From Syntrophales bacterium (lineage in GTDB: Bacteria > Desulfobacterota > Syntrophia > Syntrophales > Fen-1087): a stretch of DNA of 64,000 bases. The notes beneath the pieces were generated by a model, which searched no databases, was not told where the DNA came from, and saw only the letters and a program-made list of their open reading frames with translations. Position 1 is the stretch's first letter, and each line of letters starts with the position of its first letter. This document shows, in pieces, positions 27,062-36,018 of the stretch. The stretch covers positions 10,878-74,877 of the forward strand of contig JAXDBM010000049.1 of assembly GCA_034678725.1 (NCBI GenBank), given 5' to 3'. Made by a program: the position numbers and the translations under genes.

Positions 27062-28477
27062 ATGCAGAAACCCTGCTCGTCTTTTTTCGTTGTCTTTCGG
27101 GCCACGGAAACAACCATGAGAAATAAAATCGTCGAAGAGTCCGTTCTGTTTGTCAGCCTTCTGAAATGGCTCGTTCTGTCTTCCGTTGTCGGGATTACCG
27201 CAGGCGCCGCAACGGCCGCCTTCCTCAAAATCCTTCATGCAAGCATCGCGTTTGCGACCCCTCCGTCCCATGCCTTTTTTCTGCTGCCGGCGGGGCTTTT
27301 CCTGAGCGCCCTGCTGGTGAAATACGTGGCGCGGGAGGCAAAGGGGTACGGAACGGAAAAGGTGATCGAGTCCGTTCACAGGCATTCCGGGAGAATCCGT
27401 GCCGTCGTCGTGCCGGTCAAACTCGCCGCGACCGTCGTCACGGCAGCGGTCGGCGGTTCCGTGGGGCAGGTCGGTCCGAGCGCGCAGATCGGGGGCGGAC
27501 TGGCGTCCGTCCTGGCCGGGTTTCTGAAATTCGACGATAACGATCGGAAGAAACTCGTCATCTGCGGGATCAGTGCCGGATTTTCCGCCGTTCTGGGCGC
27601 ACCGGTGTCCGGCGCCATCTTCGGGGTGGAAGTCCTCTTTGTCGGAACGCTCCTGTATGAGGTTCTTCTGCCTTCTTTCGTCGCGGGCATCATCGGTTAT
27701 CATACGGCTTCCTTCCTCGGCGTCACATACTTTCACTACCCCATTCGCGCGATATCGGCCTTCTCCGACGCCTTTTTCCTCGAAATCATCGTTTCCGGAA
27801 TTTTCTTCGGAATTTGCGCAATCGTTGTCATCGAGACGGTGCACGGTGCCGATCGCCTGTTTGCGAAGGTCAGAATCTGGCAGCCGCTTCAGGCGATCCT
27901 GGGCGGTGTCGTCCTGGCGCTCCTCGCGTCTGTTTTTTCCGCAAAATATCTGGGGCTCGGACTGAACACCATCCAGGAGGCGCTCCAGGGGGTCCGGATG
28001 GTTTCCTATGATTTTTTGATGAAGACGGTCTTTACCGCCATCACCTTCGCTTCCGGCGGGAGCGGCGGGATCATCGCGCCGATTCTGTTTGTCGGAGCGA
28101 CGGCCGGCAGCTTTTTCGGGGACCTGCTGAGCCTGGACCGGGCAACCTTTGCTTCGATCGGAATGGTGAGCGTCCTGGCAGGAGCGGCGAATACGCCCGT
28201 CGCCATGAGCATGCTGGCCATCGAGCTGTTCGGGGGCGAGATCGGCGCCTACGCGGCCGTCGCCTGCGTGATCAGTTTTCTCATCTCCGGGCACCGCAGC
28301 ATTTTTCCGACGCAGGTCATGGCCATGAAAAAATCATCCTCCGTCGATGTGGAACTCGGGAGGGAAGTGGAAAATGTGAAGACGCGGTTCAAATATCGGG
28401 AAAAAAGTTTCATCGGGCAGGGGATCCGGCTGAGGGATAAAATCAGAAGAAGAATCCAAAATGGCGGAGGGGAATGA
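27062..28477 (+). CDS. ClC-family chloride channel/transporter homologue with no CBS domains
   Basis: ClC signature blocks GYGTEK (the GSGIPE position), GGSVGQVGPSAQIGG (the GREGPxxQIG position) and GGIIAPILFVG (the GxFxP position). The start is ambiguous (27062 or 27116). Confidence 0.85.
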   Translation: MQKPCSSFFVVFRATETTMRNKIVEESVLFVSLLKWLVLSSVVGITAGAATAAFLKILHASIAFATPPSHAFFLLPAGLFLSALLVKYVAREAKGYGTEKVIESVHRHSGRIRAVVVPVKLAATVVTAAVGGSVGQVGPSAQIGGGLASVLAGFLKFDDNDRKKLVICGISAGFSAVLGAPVSGAIFGVEVLFVGTLLYEVLLPSFVAGIIGYHTASFLGVTYFHYPIRAISAFSDAFFLEIIVSGIFFGICAIVVIETVHGADRLFAKVRIWQPLQAILGGVVLALLASVFSAKYLGLGLNTIQEALQGVRMVSYDFLMKTVFTAITFASGGSGGIIAPILFVGATAGSFFGDLLSLDRATFASIGMVSVLAGAANTPVAMSMLAIELFGGEIGAYAAVACVISFLISGHRSIFPTQVMAMKKSSSVDVELGREVENVKTRFKYREKSFIGQGIRLRDKIRRRIQNGGGE

Positions 28478-28639
28478 TGCCTCGGCGGAGCGCATTTGCT
28501 TTCCTCCTTCCTGACGGCGTCCGTTGACGGTCCGGATCTGAATCTTCGATCGTTCGGTCGGCATCGGGTTTCCGGAAGAAATATAAGCATGCATCATTCG
28601 GAAGGGATCCTGCGACGGGGGGTGTTGAAAGAAGTCTCG

Positions 28640-28667
28640 TTGACAATTCAAATCTTTCCGGTATGAT
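28640..28667 (+). promoter_or_regulatory. Candidate sigma70 promoter for the aminotransferase gene
   Basis: TTGACA (28640..28645), a 16-nt spacer, then TATGAT (28662..28667), 46 nt upstream of ATG 28713. Confidence 0.5.
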
Positions 28668-28712
28668 CCGGTCAACAACAAGTCCGCGGCGGCGGGCAGG
28701 GAGGAGATCGAC

Positions 28713-29819
28713 ATGAAGAACCTGCTGGACGGCATCGAAGACATTCTGCTCATGGGACCCGGCCCATCCTGCGTCCCCGATGAGGTCTATCGGGCGCTGA
28801 GCCGCGGGACCCTCGGGCATCTGGACCCTTACTTCCTGACCATCATGGATGAAATCAAGGACATGCTGAGGCGGGTCATGAACACCGGCAACGCCATGAC
28901 GGTCCCCCTTTCCGGCACCGGATCGGCCGGGATGGAGGCGTGCTTCGTCAATCTCGTGGAGCCCGGCGACAAAGTGCTGGTCCTCGTCAACGGGGTGTTC
29001 GGCGTGCGCATGCGCGAGGTCGCGACCCGGCTGGGCGCCCGGGTGGACGCGCTCGAATTCCCCTGGGGGACGCCCGTGATTCCGGAGCAGGCGGCCGAGA
29101 AGATCCGCCGGGAAAATTACCGGATCGTCGCGATCGTCCACGCGGAGACGTCGACGGGGGTCATGAATCCGGTGGCCGACATCGGGAAAATCATCGCGGG
29201 GTCCGACACCCTCTACCTGGTGGATGCGGTGACCAGCCTGGGCGGCATCGAGGTCCGCATGGACGACTGGGGCATCGACGCCCTCTACAGCGGGACCCAG
29301 AAATGCCTTTCCTGCCCGCCGGGGCTCGCGCCCCTGTCCTTTTCCGAAAAGGCGATGGCCCGGCTGGGCGGGCGCGGATCGAAAGTGCCCAACTGGTACC
29401 TGGACCTTTCCCTGATCGCCAACTACTGGGGGACCAACCGGGTTTACCACCACACGGCGCCCGTGAACATGCTCTACGGCCTTTACGAGGCCCTGCGCCT
29501 GCTGCTGGCGGAGGGGCCCGAAGCGGCCTTCCGGCGGCACCGGGAATGCCACGAAGCCCTTGTCCGGGGCTTGTGGGACCTCGGCTTGGAGATGCTGGTG
29601 GCGGAGCCCTGGCGCCTGCCCATGCTCAACACCGTCCGCATTCCGGAGGGTGTGGACGATCTTGCCGTCCGGAAGCATCTGCGCAGCGAATTCCGGATCG
29701 AGATCGGCGGCGGCCTGGGGCCGCTGGCCGGAAAGATCTGGCGGATCGGCCTGATGGGCCATACCGCGAGGGCGGAGAATGTCTCCCGGTTTCTCGAAGC
29801 GCTGAGGGCACTTTTATAA
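28713..29819 (+). CDS. Class V aminotransferase (alanine-glyoxylate / serine-pyruvate aminotransferase family)
   Basis: LLMGPGPS N-terminus and the PLP-lysine block SGTQKCLSCPPGL, typical of the AGXT/SPT family. Confidence 0.9.
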   Translation: MKNLLDGIEDILLMGPGPSCVPDEVYRALSRGTLGHLDPYFLTIMDEIKDMLRRVMNTGNAMTVPLSGTGSAGMEACFVNLVEPGDKVLVLVNGVFGVRMREVATRLGARVDALEFPWGTPVIPEQAAEKIRRENYRIVAIVHAETSTGVMNPVADIGKIIAGSDTLYLVDAVTSLGGIEVRMDDWGIDALYSGTQKCLSCPPGLAPLSFSEKAMARLGGRGSKVPNWYLDLSLIANYWGTNRVYHHTAPVNMLYGLYEALRLLLAEGPEAAFRRHRECHEALVRGLWDLGLEMLVAEPWRLPMLNTVRIPEGVDDLAVRKHLRSEFRIEIGGGLGPLAGKIWRIGLMGHTARAENVSRFLEALRALL

Positions 29820-30003
29820 AATGGCCCCGACCGGCGTCTGATCGCCGGGTTGAATTCGACATCGAGCCCGCGGTTCCATAGCGGAAGCGGAACATTCCCG
29901 CGGCGCGGGGGTATTGCGGGCGGAAAAACCGCTGCGTGAAAATCCGGAACGTCTGTTTGCCCGCCGGAGCAACGCCTTTTCATCACACGAAGTGAACCGG
30001 ATC

Positions 30004-31173
30004 ATGTCTGAAGCGCTGATCTACTTTGACAATGCCGCCACCACCTTCCCGAAACCCGCGGTAACGATGGAGGCCATGGCGCGCTGCCTGCGCGAAGCGG
30101 GCGGCAGTCCGGGGCGTTCCGGCCACCGTCTTTCCATCGAGGCGGGACGGGTCCTGTTCAACGCGCGGGAAAGCCTGGCCGGGCTGTTCGGCATTTCCGA
30201 CTCGCTCCGGATCATTCTGACAAAAAATGCGACGGAAGCCCTGAATATTGCCATCTGCGGACTGCTGAAGCCGGGCGACCATGTCATCACGTCCGGCATG
30301 GAGCACAATTCGGTCATGCGGCCCCTGCGCGCCCTGGAGCCCGGGGGCGTGAATCTGACCGTGATCTCCTGCTCTCCCGCGGGGGAACTCGACCCTGCGG
30401 ATGTCGCCCGCGCCATCCGGAAGGACACCCGGGCTATCGTCCTGACCCACGCCTCCAATGTCACCGGAACCATCATGCCCGTCGCCGCCGTGGGCCGGAT
30501 CGCCCGGGAGCGGGGTGTCGTATTTTGCGTGGATGCTGCGCAGACCGCGGGCGCCCTTCCCATCGACGTTCAGGCCATGCAGATCGACCTGCTCGCATTC
30601 ACGGGGCACAAGTCCCTGTTCGGCCCGCAGGGAACGGGCGGGCTCTACATGCGGAAGGGCCTTGAAAAGGAGATCGCGCCCATCATGCGGGGAGGCACGG
30701 GAAGCCACTCCGAACTGGAGGAGCAGCCGGATTTCATGCCCGACTGCTACGAATCGGGCACCCCGAACACCGTCGGCATGGCCGGCCTGGATGCCGGGGC
30801 CGGTTTCGTCGCGAACCGGGGGGTCGAAAGCATTCGGGTCCATGAGGAAAGGCTGACCGGGCTCTTTCTGGCGGGTATCGAAAACATCGAAGGGGTAAGG
30901 GTGTACGGACTGAAGGACCCGTCCCGGCAGATGCCCGTCGTTTCGATCGGCATTCGCGGCTTGGACCCCGCGGCGGTCTCGATGGCGCTGGATGAACGTT
31001 TCGGGATCATGACGAGGCCGGGGCTGCACTGCGCCCCCGCGGCGCACAAAACGATCGAAACTTATCCCGCCGGGACGATCCGGTTCAGCTTCGGCTTTTT
31101 CAACACGGAGGAGCAGGTCGGCAGGGCGCTGGAGGCAATCCGCGAACTGGCCGGAAAGAGGATCAGGCCATGA
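30004..31173 (+). CDS. Cysteine desulfurase-family (class V) PLP enzyme
   Basis: ATG 30004. IYFDNAATTFPKP, the PLP lysine in FTGHKSLFGPQGTGGLY, and an active-site Cys in RPGLHCAPAAH. Confidence 0.85.
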   Translation: MSEALIYFDNAATTFPKPAVTMEAMARCLREAGGSPGRSGHRLSIEAGRVLFNARESLAGLFGISDSLRIILTKNATEALNIAICGLLKPGDHVITSGMEHNSVMRPLRALEPGGVNLTVISCSPAGELDPADVARAIRKDTRAIVLTHASNVTGTIMPVAAVGRIARERGVVFCVDAAQTAGALPIDVQAMQIDLLAFTGHKSLFGPQGTGGLYMRKGLEKEIAPIMRGGTGSHSELEEQPDFMPDCYESGTPNTVGMAGLDAGAGFVANRGVESIRVHEERLTGLFLAGIENIEGVRVYGLKDPSRQMPVVSIGIRGLDPAAVSMALDERFGIMTRPGLHCAPAAHKTIETYPAGTIRFSFGFFNTEEQVGRALEAIRELAGKRIRP

Positions 31174-31400
31174 CGCCGGGGGAGGGATTTCTCGTCGTTC
31201 TGTTCGTCTCGGTCAGCCATGCGCTGAAGGCGGAAAAGATTCTGAAGGGCGAAGGCATTCCCTTCAAGCTGATTCCCGTCCCCCGACACCTGAGTTCCGA
31301 CTGCGGTGTCTGCCTGCGGTTCCCGGCCGGTTTCCGGGAAAGGGTCCTTCACGCCCTTTCGGGAAAGGTCGAGATCGAAGGCATTCATTCCCTGGAATAG
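31170..31400 (+). CDS. DUF3343 (putative Se/S carrier-like) small protein
   Basis: ATGA overlap with the desulfurase gene. FLVVLFVSVSHALKAEKILKGEGIPFKLIPVPRHLSSDCGVCLRF matches the DUF3343 pattern, including its conserved Cys. Confidence 0.7.
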   Translation: MTPGEGFLVVLFVSVSHALKAEKILKGEGIPFKLIPVPRHLSSDCGVCLRFPAGFRERVLHALSGKVEIEGIHSLE

Positions 31401-31412
31401 GCCGGCCCGCCG

Positions 31413-32339
31413 CTATCGGCTCTTGTCCAGAAGGGCGGCATGCACCTTCTCGTGCTGCGGCACGGGGATCCCCAGTTTCTTCCCGATGGCGGTCATGTAG
31501 CCGGTGAAGATGTCCAACTCGACGGGGTTTCCCTTTTCGAAATCCAGTTGAAAAGAGGTCTTGGTCTCCTTCGGGAAGGCGCCCGCCTTGGCGATCGTGG
31601 CCGGAACGATGTCCTCGGGCAGCGCGACGCCCTGGGCCTTTGCCACCTCCGCGACTTCCCGCATGAGCGCCCCCAGCATTTTTTTCCGTTCCCCGTCTTC
31701 CAGAATCTCGCCGAACGCCTTTCCCAGCATGGCCGTCAGGCCGGCCATCGGATCGATGAAGATGTATTTGGTCCACAGTGGGATGCGGATGTCGGAAACA
31801 AGCTCCGCCGGAATGCCGGCGTCTTTCAGAAAACGCTCGACGGGCCGGAACGGCGCCGCGTCCGTTCCCGGCTCGGGGCCGAAGATGAGCTGGCAGGAGC
31901 CGCCGACCTGGCGGACGGCGCCGGGACCTTCGATCCGCGTGCTGATGTAGACGCAGCCGCCGAGGACAATGCCCGTTGGCAGGACCGCCCGCAGGCGCTC
32001 GGCCATGTTGACGCCGTTCAGAAGGGGAACGATCACGGTCCCGTCGTGGATGTTGCCGCTGATCCGGCGCGCCGCCTCTTCGAGGCCGTAGCTCTTAACG
32101 CAGAAGAGAACCAGGTCGAAGGGTCCCGCGTCGCCCGGGCTGTCCGTGGCCAGCGCCGGTACGGCGGTAAAATCCCCCTCCACGGTCATCAGCCGCAGGC
32201 CGCCGTTTTGAATCGCCTTCAGGTGCGCCCCCCGGGCGATGAAGATGATCCGGTGCTCCGGAGATCCGGCATACCGCAGGGCCAGCCTGCCCCCGTAATA
32301 GCCGCCCACGCCGCCCACGCCGACAATCGCCGCTCTCAT
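31413..32339 (-). CDS. panE: 2-dehydropantoate 2-reductase (ApbA/PanE family)
   Basis: ATG 32339 preceded by GAGGAGG. IVGVGGVGGYYGGRLA Rossmann motif and ApbA-like C-terminal domain. Confidence 0.85.
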   Translation of the reverse strand: MRAAIVGVGGVGGYYGGRLALRYAGSPEHRIIFIARGAHLKAIQNGGLRLMTVEGDFTAVPALATDSPGDAGPFDLVLFCVKSYGLEEAARRISGNIHDGTVIVPLLNGVNMAERLRAVLPTGIVLGGCVYISTRIEGPGAVRQVGGSCQLIFGPEPGTDAAPFRPVERFLKDAGIPAELVSDIRIPLWTKYIFIDPMAGLTAMLGKAFGEILEDGERKKMLGALMREVAEVAKAQGVALPEDIVPATIAKAGAFPKETKTSFQLDFEKGNPVELDIFTGYMTAIGKKLGIPVPQHEKVHAALLDKSR

Positions 32340-32420
32340 GAATCTTCCTCCTCTTTCATAATGGATGAAACAAGCGCCCGCCGGAGCCTTCGTCCGCGGA
32401 GGGTGCATGCCGGTCCGCCG

Positions 32421-33584
32421 CTACAGGCAGCGCCGGAGGATGTCCGAGATCACCTCGGGGGTATAATCCTTCAACTGCCAGACCTCGGCGAGTCTGCCGG
32501 CATTTGCCGTGATCTTGTCGATGTCCCCCTCCGGGATGCGGACCTCCTCGAGCGACGTCGGGCTGCCGATCCCGGAAAACCAGGCCTTCAGGCGGCGGAT
32601 CCCTTCCTGCGCCTCTTCCATTTCCGTGCGGCTTTCAACTCCGAAGATTTCCCGGGCGAACCGCGCAAACCGCTTCGGATTGCTCCCGACGGCGTAATCC
32701 ATCCAGCCCGGCGTCAGGATCGAGAGCCCCGCCCCGTGCGGCACGTCGTAGAGGGCGCTCAGGGAGTGCTCGATCATGTGGACGGGCAGGCTGATCAGGC
32801 CCATTCCCGCCGATGTCAGCCCGTTGAAGGCGAGCGTTGCGGACCACATCATCGTGGCCCTCGCATTGTAGTTCGCCGGGTCTTGAAGGATGATCCCGGT
32901 GCTTTCCATGATCGTCCGGGTCAGGGCTTCGACCAGGCGGTCCTGGAGCGGGGAGTCGGCCGCCGTGTTGTTGAAGTAGCCCTCCAGCATGTGGCTGATC
33001 GCGTCGACGGCGCTGTAGGCGCTGTAGGACGGGGGCAGCGTGTACAGGACGGTGGGGTCGAGAATGGAGGTCTTCGGCTGGATGTGCATGGACCGGATGC
33101 TGAATTTCTCGGCCCCTTCGTCGCGGGTCATGACGGCTGCCGGGTTCATCTCCGAGGCGCTGGCGGAGACGGTGGCCACCGTCAGGACGGGCAGTGCGCC
33201 CCGGATCGCTTCCTTGCGGGTGAAATAGTCCCAGATGTCGTGTTCCGCCCGGACGCCCATGGCGATGGTCTTGGCCGTGTCGATGACGCTGCCGCCGCCG
33301 ACGGCGAGGACAACATCCACCGCTTCCCGCCTGGCCAGTGTGATGCCCTTCATTGTGTGGGACAGCAGCGGATTCGACCGGACGCCCGGGAACTCCACGA
33401 GGGAAACCCCCGCCTCGCTCATGGAGGCGACCACCCGGTCGTAGATGCCGTTTTTCCGAATGCTGCCTTCCCCGTAGACCATCAGCGCCTTCCGGCCGTG
33501 GGATTTGACTTCCGCGCCGATCCGCTTGATCTGGCCCTGGCCGAAGATGATTTTTGTGGGGTTCTCAAAAATGAAGTTCTGCAT
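32421..33584 (-). CDS. Iron-containing (group III) alcohol dehydrogenase, butanol dehydrogenase/YqhD-like
   Basis: VLAVGGGSVIDTAK motif and metal-binding His blocks (AISHMLEGYF, MIEHSLSALYDVPHGAGL). Confidence 0.9.
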   Translation of the reverse strand: MQNFIFENPTKIIFGQGQIKRIGAEVKSHGRKALMVYGEGSIRKNGIYDRVVASMSEAGVSLVEFPGVRSNPLLSHTMKGITLARREAVDVVLAVGGGSVIDTAKTIAMGVRAEHDIWDYFTRKEAIRGALPVLTVATVSASASEMNPAAVMTRDEGAEKFSIRSMHIQPKTSILDPTVLYTLPPSYSAYSAVDAISHMLEGYFNNTAADSPLQDRLVEALTRTIMESTGIILQDPANYNARATMMWSATLAFNGLTSAGMGLISLPVHMIEHSLSALYDVPHGAGLSILTPGWMDYAVGSNPKRFARFAREIFGVESRTEMEEAQEGIRRLKAWFSGIGSPTSLEEVRIPEGDIDKITANAGRLAEVWQLKDYTPEVISDILRRCL

Positions 33585-33621
33585 GGCTCCCGTCCTTTCG
33601 GGTGAATGGACTTTGAAAAAA

Positions 33622-35013
33622 TCAGGTGTTCTTTTCCAGACGCCGCAGCAGATAATCCCGGAACTGCGCGTAGTCGTTCGGCAGCGGGTCGGCCTCGCCG
33701 GTTTTCCGGTCCAGTCCCTTCATGCTCTCGGGCAATTCCGGATCGATGCCGATGGTCTTCAGGATCTCCTCCGGAAACTTGGCCGGGTGGGCCGTTTCAA
33801 GGGATACGCACAGACCGGCGTACCCGGAGTGCCGAAGATAGGCCTCGAGGCCGCGCCAGCCGACGGCGCCGTGCGGCTCCAGGATCGTGCCGTATGATTC
33901 GTATGCCCGCCGGATCGTTTCCAGGGTTTCCCGGTCGGTGACGCTGACCGAGAAGATGTTCTCTTTCATGCGTGCCCGGTCCGGGTAGCGATGGACCGTG
34001 CCGTTCCGGTCCACCGTTCCGCCGTACAGGTCGAAAAAACGGGCCAGGTTGCTCGGATGCCCCACGTTCATTGCGTTGGACAGGCAGGCCCGCGACGGGG
34101 AGACCTTCTCGTAAAGGCCGGTTTCCAGGTACCTCGGAAACTCGTCGTTTTCGTTGGTCGGCATGACCAGCCTTTTGACCGGCAGCCCCATCCGCCGCGC
34201 ATATTCGCATCCCAGGGCATTGCCGAAATTGCCGGAGGGGACGGAGAACACGATCTCCTCTTCAGGTTCGGCGAGCTGTCCGTAGGCGTAGACGTAATAG
34301 ACGATCTGGGGCATGATCCGGCCGAAGTTGATCGAATTGGCCGACGTCAGGTTGAGCCCCGCGAGGCCGGGGTCGGCAAAGGCCCGCTTGACGAGGTTCT
34401 GGCAGTCGTCGAATTTCCCATCCAGGGAGATGGCCCGAACGTTGCCGCCGATGGTATCGAGCTGCTTTTTCTGCCTCCCGCTCACCTCCGCGCGGGGGTA
34501 GAGGATGAAGACATTGATTCCTTCGACGCCCCGAAAGGCGTCCCCGACGGCGCTCCCCGTGTCCCCGGAGGTGGCCACCAGCACGTTCAGCCGGTTGCCG
34601 GCGCCCTTGAAGTGGCCCATCAGCCGGGCCATGAGGCGCGCCGCGAAATCCTTGAAGGATGCCGTGGGGCCCCGGTCCAGCCTCATGACGTACTTTCTGT
34701 CCGCCACCTTCTCCAGCGGCACTGCAAAGGGATAGGCGCTGCCGATAATGTCCCGAAGCGCGGCCTCCGGCATTTCACCCCGCAGAAAGGCCCCCGCGAC
34801 CAGCAGAGCCGCCTCGGCATAGGGCCTGTCCCGCAGGGAGCGGATTTCAGAAAGGGAAATCACGGGAATCCGCTCCGGCATGAAGAGGCCCTCGTCCGGG
34901 GCCTGGCCCATGAGGAGGGCCTCCCGGAAGGATGCCGTTTCCCCGGGCGCTGATCCTGCTTGTTTTGCGTTCAGGGTTCGGTTGGTGCTGTAATACCGGA
35001 TGCTTTCAGACAT
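33622..35013 (-). CDS. thrC: Threonine synthase (long form)
   Basis: ATG 35013. The PLP-lysine block TASFKDFAAR and LVATSGDTGSAVGDAF. The upstream 50 codons of the track ORF are unlikely to be coding. Confidence 0.9.
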   Translation of the reverse strand: MSESIRYYSTNRTLNAKQAGSAPGETASFREALLMGQAPDEGLFMPERIPVISLSEIRSLRDRPYAEAALLVAGAFLRGEMPEAALRDIIGSAYPFAVPLEKVADRKYVMRLDRGPTASFKDFAARLMARLMGHFKGAGNRLNVLVATSGDTGSAVGDAFRGVEGINVFILYPRAEVSGRQKKQLDTIGGNVRAISLDGKFDDCQNLVKRAFADPGLAGLNLTSANSINFGRIMPQIVYYVYAYGQLAEPEEEIVFSVPSGNFGNALGCEYARRMGLPVKRLVMPTNENDEFPRYLETGLYEKVSPSRACLSNAMNVGHPSNLARFFDLYGGTVDRNGTVHRYPDRARMKENIFSVSVTDRETLETIRRAYESYGTILEPHGAVGWRGLEAYLRHSGYAGLCVSLETAHPAKFPEEILKTIGIDPELPESMKGLDRKTGEADPLPNDYAQFRDYLLRRLEKNT

Positions 35014-35214
35014 GGCGAGATGCGCGCTCCGCTGTGTTTTTCTAAGAAATTCATAGCACAACACGCGGATCCGATCAATGCGGAAAAGACGGCTGTGCCG
35101 GCGGGCGTTGTCCGGGGGGCTGACGCCGCCATGGCGTGTGCAGGGGCAGGGTGCTTCAGCCATGGAAGGCCCGCGGGGTGCCGGGAATGCCTGTCGGCGA
35201 TTCCGTGCCCTGGA

Positions 35215-36018
35215 TTAATAGGTATAGCTCACCGCGGCGCCGGCGGAAAGCCGGTCGGAATATTGCGCTTCGGCATTCAGGCGAAATCCCCTGGCAAGGG
35301 GCATGTCGATTCCCGCAAATCCTCCGGCCAATGCTTTGTTCGAAAGGGTAACCTTCTCGTCTGCGTGCGCGCGGCCGGAAATCGTGGTGGTTGCATATGC
35401 CTTCGCTTCCGAATAATGGACATAGGGTCCCGCATACACCCTGACGCCGCGGTGAAGGGCGGCCTGAAATCCGACGCCGAGATTCACGTCCCAGAGATTT
35501 CTCACTTTCAGCTCCGCGGTGAACGGGGCGCCGCCGGCGGTTCCGGAGACGCTGTCCGTGAAATAACTGAAATAATAGGTCCCCTGAACGAAAGCGCCCA
35601 TGCCGAATGTTTTGTTGAAGGGGTAGAAGACCTTTGCTCCCAGCGTTCCGAAGAATTTCCAGTTTTCCTCGAAATCGCTTCTGCCTGCGGTGGCTGATCC
35701 GTCCGCCGCACTGAAAGTGTCGAAGATTGTCAAATCCGAGATGCCGATGCGCGCGGATATTTCCCAGATGTTGCTTGCGCCGTAGGCCGCCTGGGAATAG
35801 ATCGCGTTCTGCCTGATTTTGTGTTCCGCGCCGTTCTCGTAGGTGTCTTCGTGATGCCAGTAACCGATGGCGGTGTTCAGGCCGCCGGCCTCTCTGGAGA
35901 CGGTTTGCGGTGCGCCGAACAATCCTGCCGCCGCAGCCGCCTTCGGGGGGACGGCCCAGATGAACAAAGCCGACAGCGCGATGAGCAGAAAATTCCCCGC
36001 CGGAATGGTTTTCTTCAC
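35215..36018 (-). CDS. Outer-membrane beta-barrel protein (267 aa)
   Basis: Signal peptide MKKTIPAGNFLLIALSALFIWAVPPKAAAA, alternating strands, and an aromatic C-terminus ...AAVSYTY. GTG start overlaps the mlaA stop (GTGA). Confidence 0.7.
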   Translation of the reverse strand: MKKTIPAGNFLLIALSALFIWAVPPKAAAAAGLFGAPQTVSREAGGLNTAIGYWHHEDTYENGAEHKIRQNAIYSQAAYGASNIWEISARIGISDLTIFDTFSAADGSATAGRSDFEENWKFFGTLGAKVFYPFNKTFGMGAFVQGTYYFSYFTDSVSGTAGGAPFTAELKVRNLWDVNLGVGFQAALHRGVRVYAGPYVHYSEAKAYATTTISGRAHADEKVTLSNKALAGGFAGIDMPLARGFRLNAEAQYSDRLSAGAAVSYTY

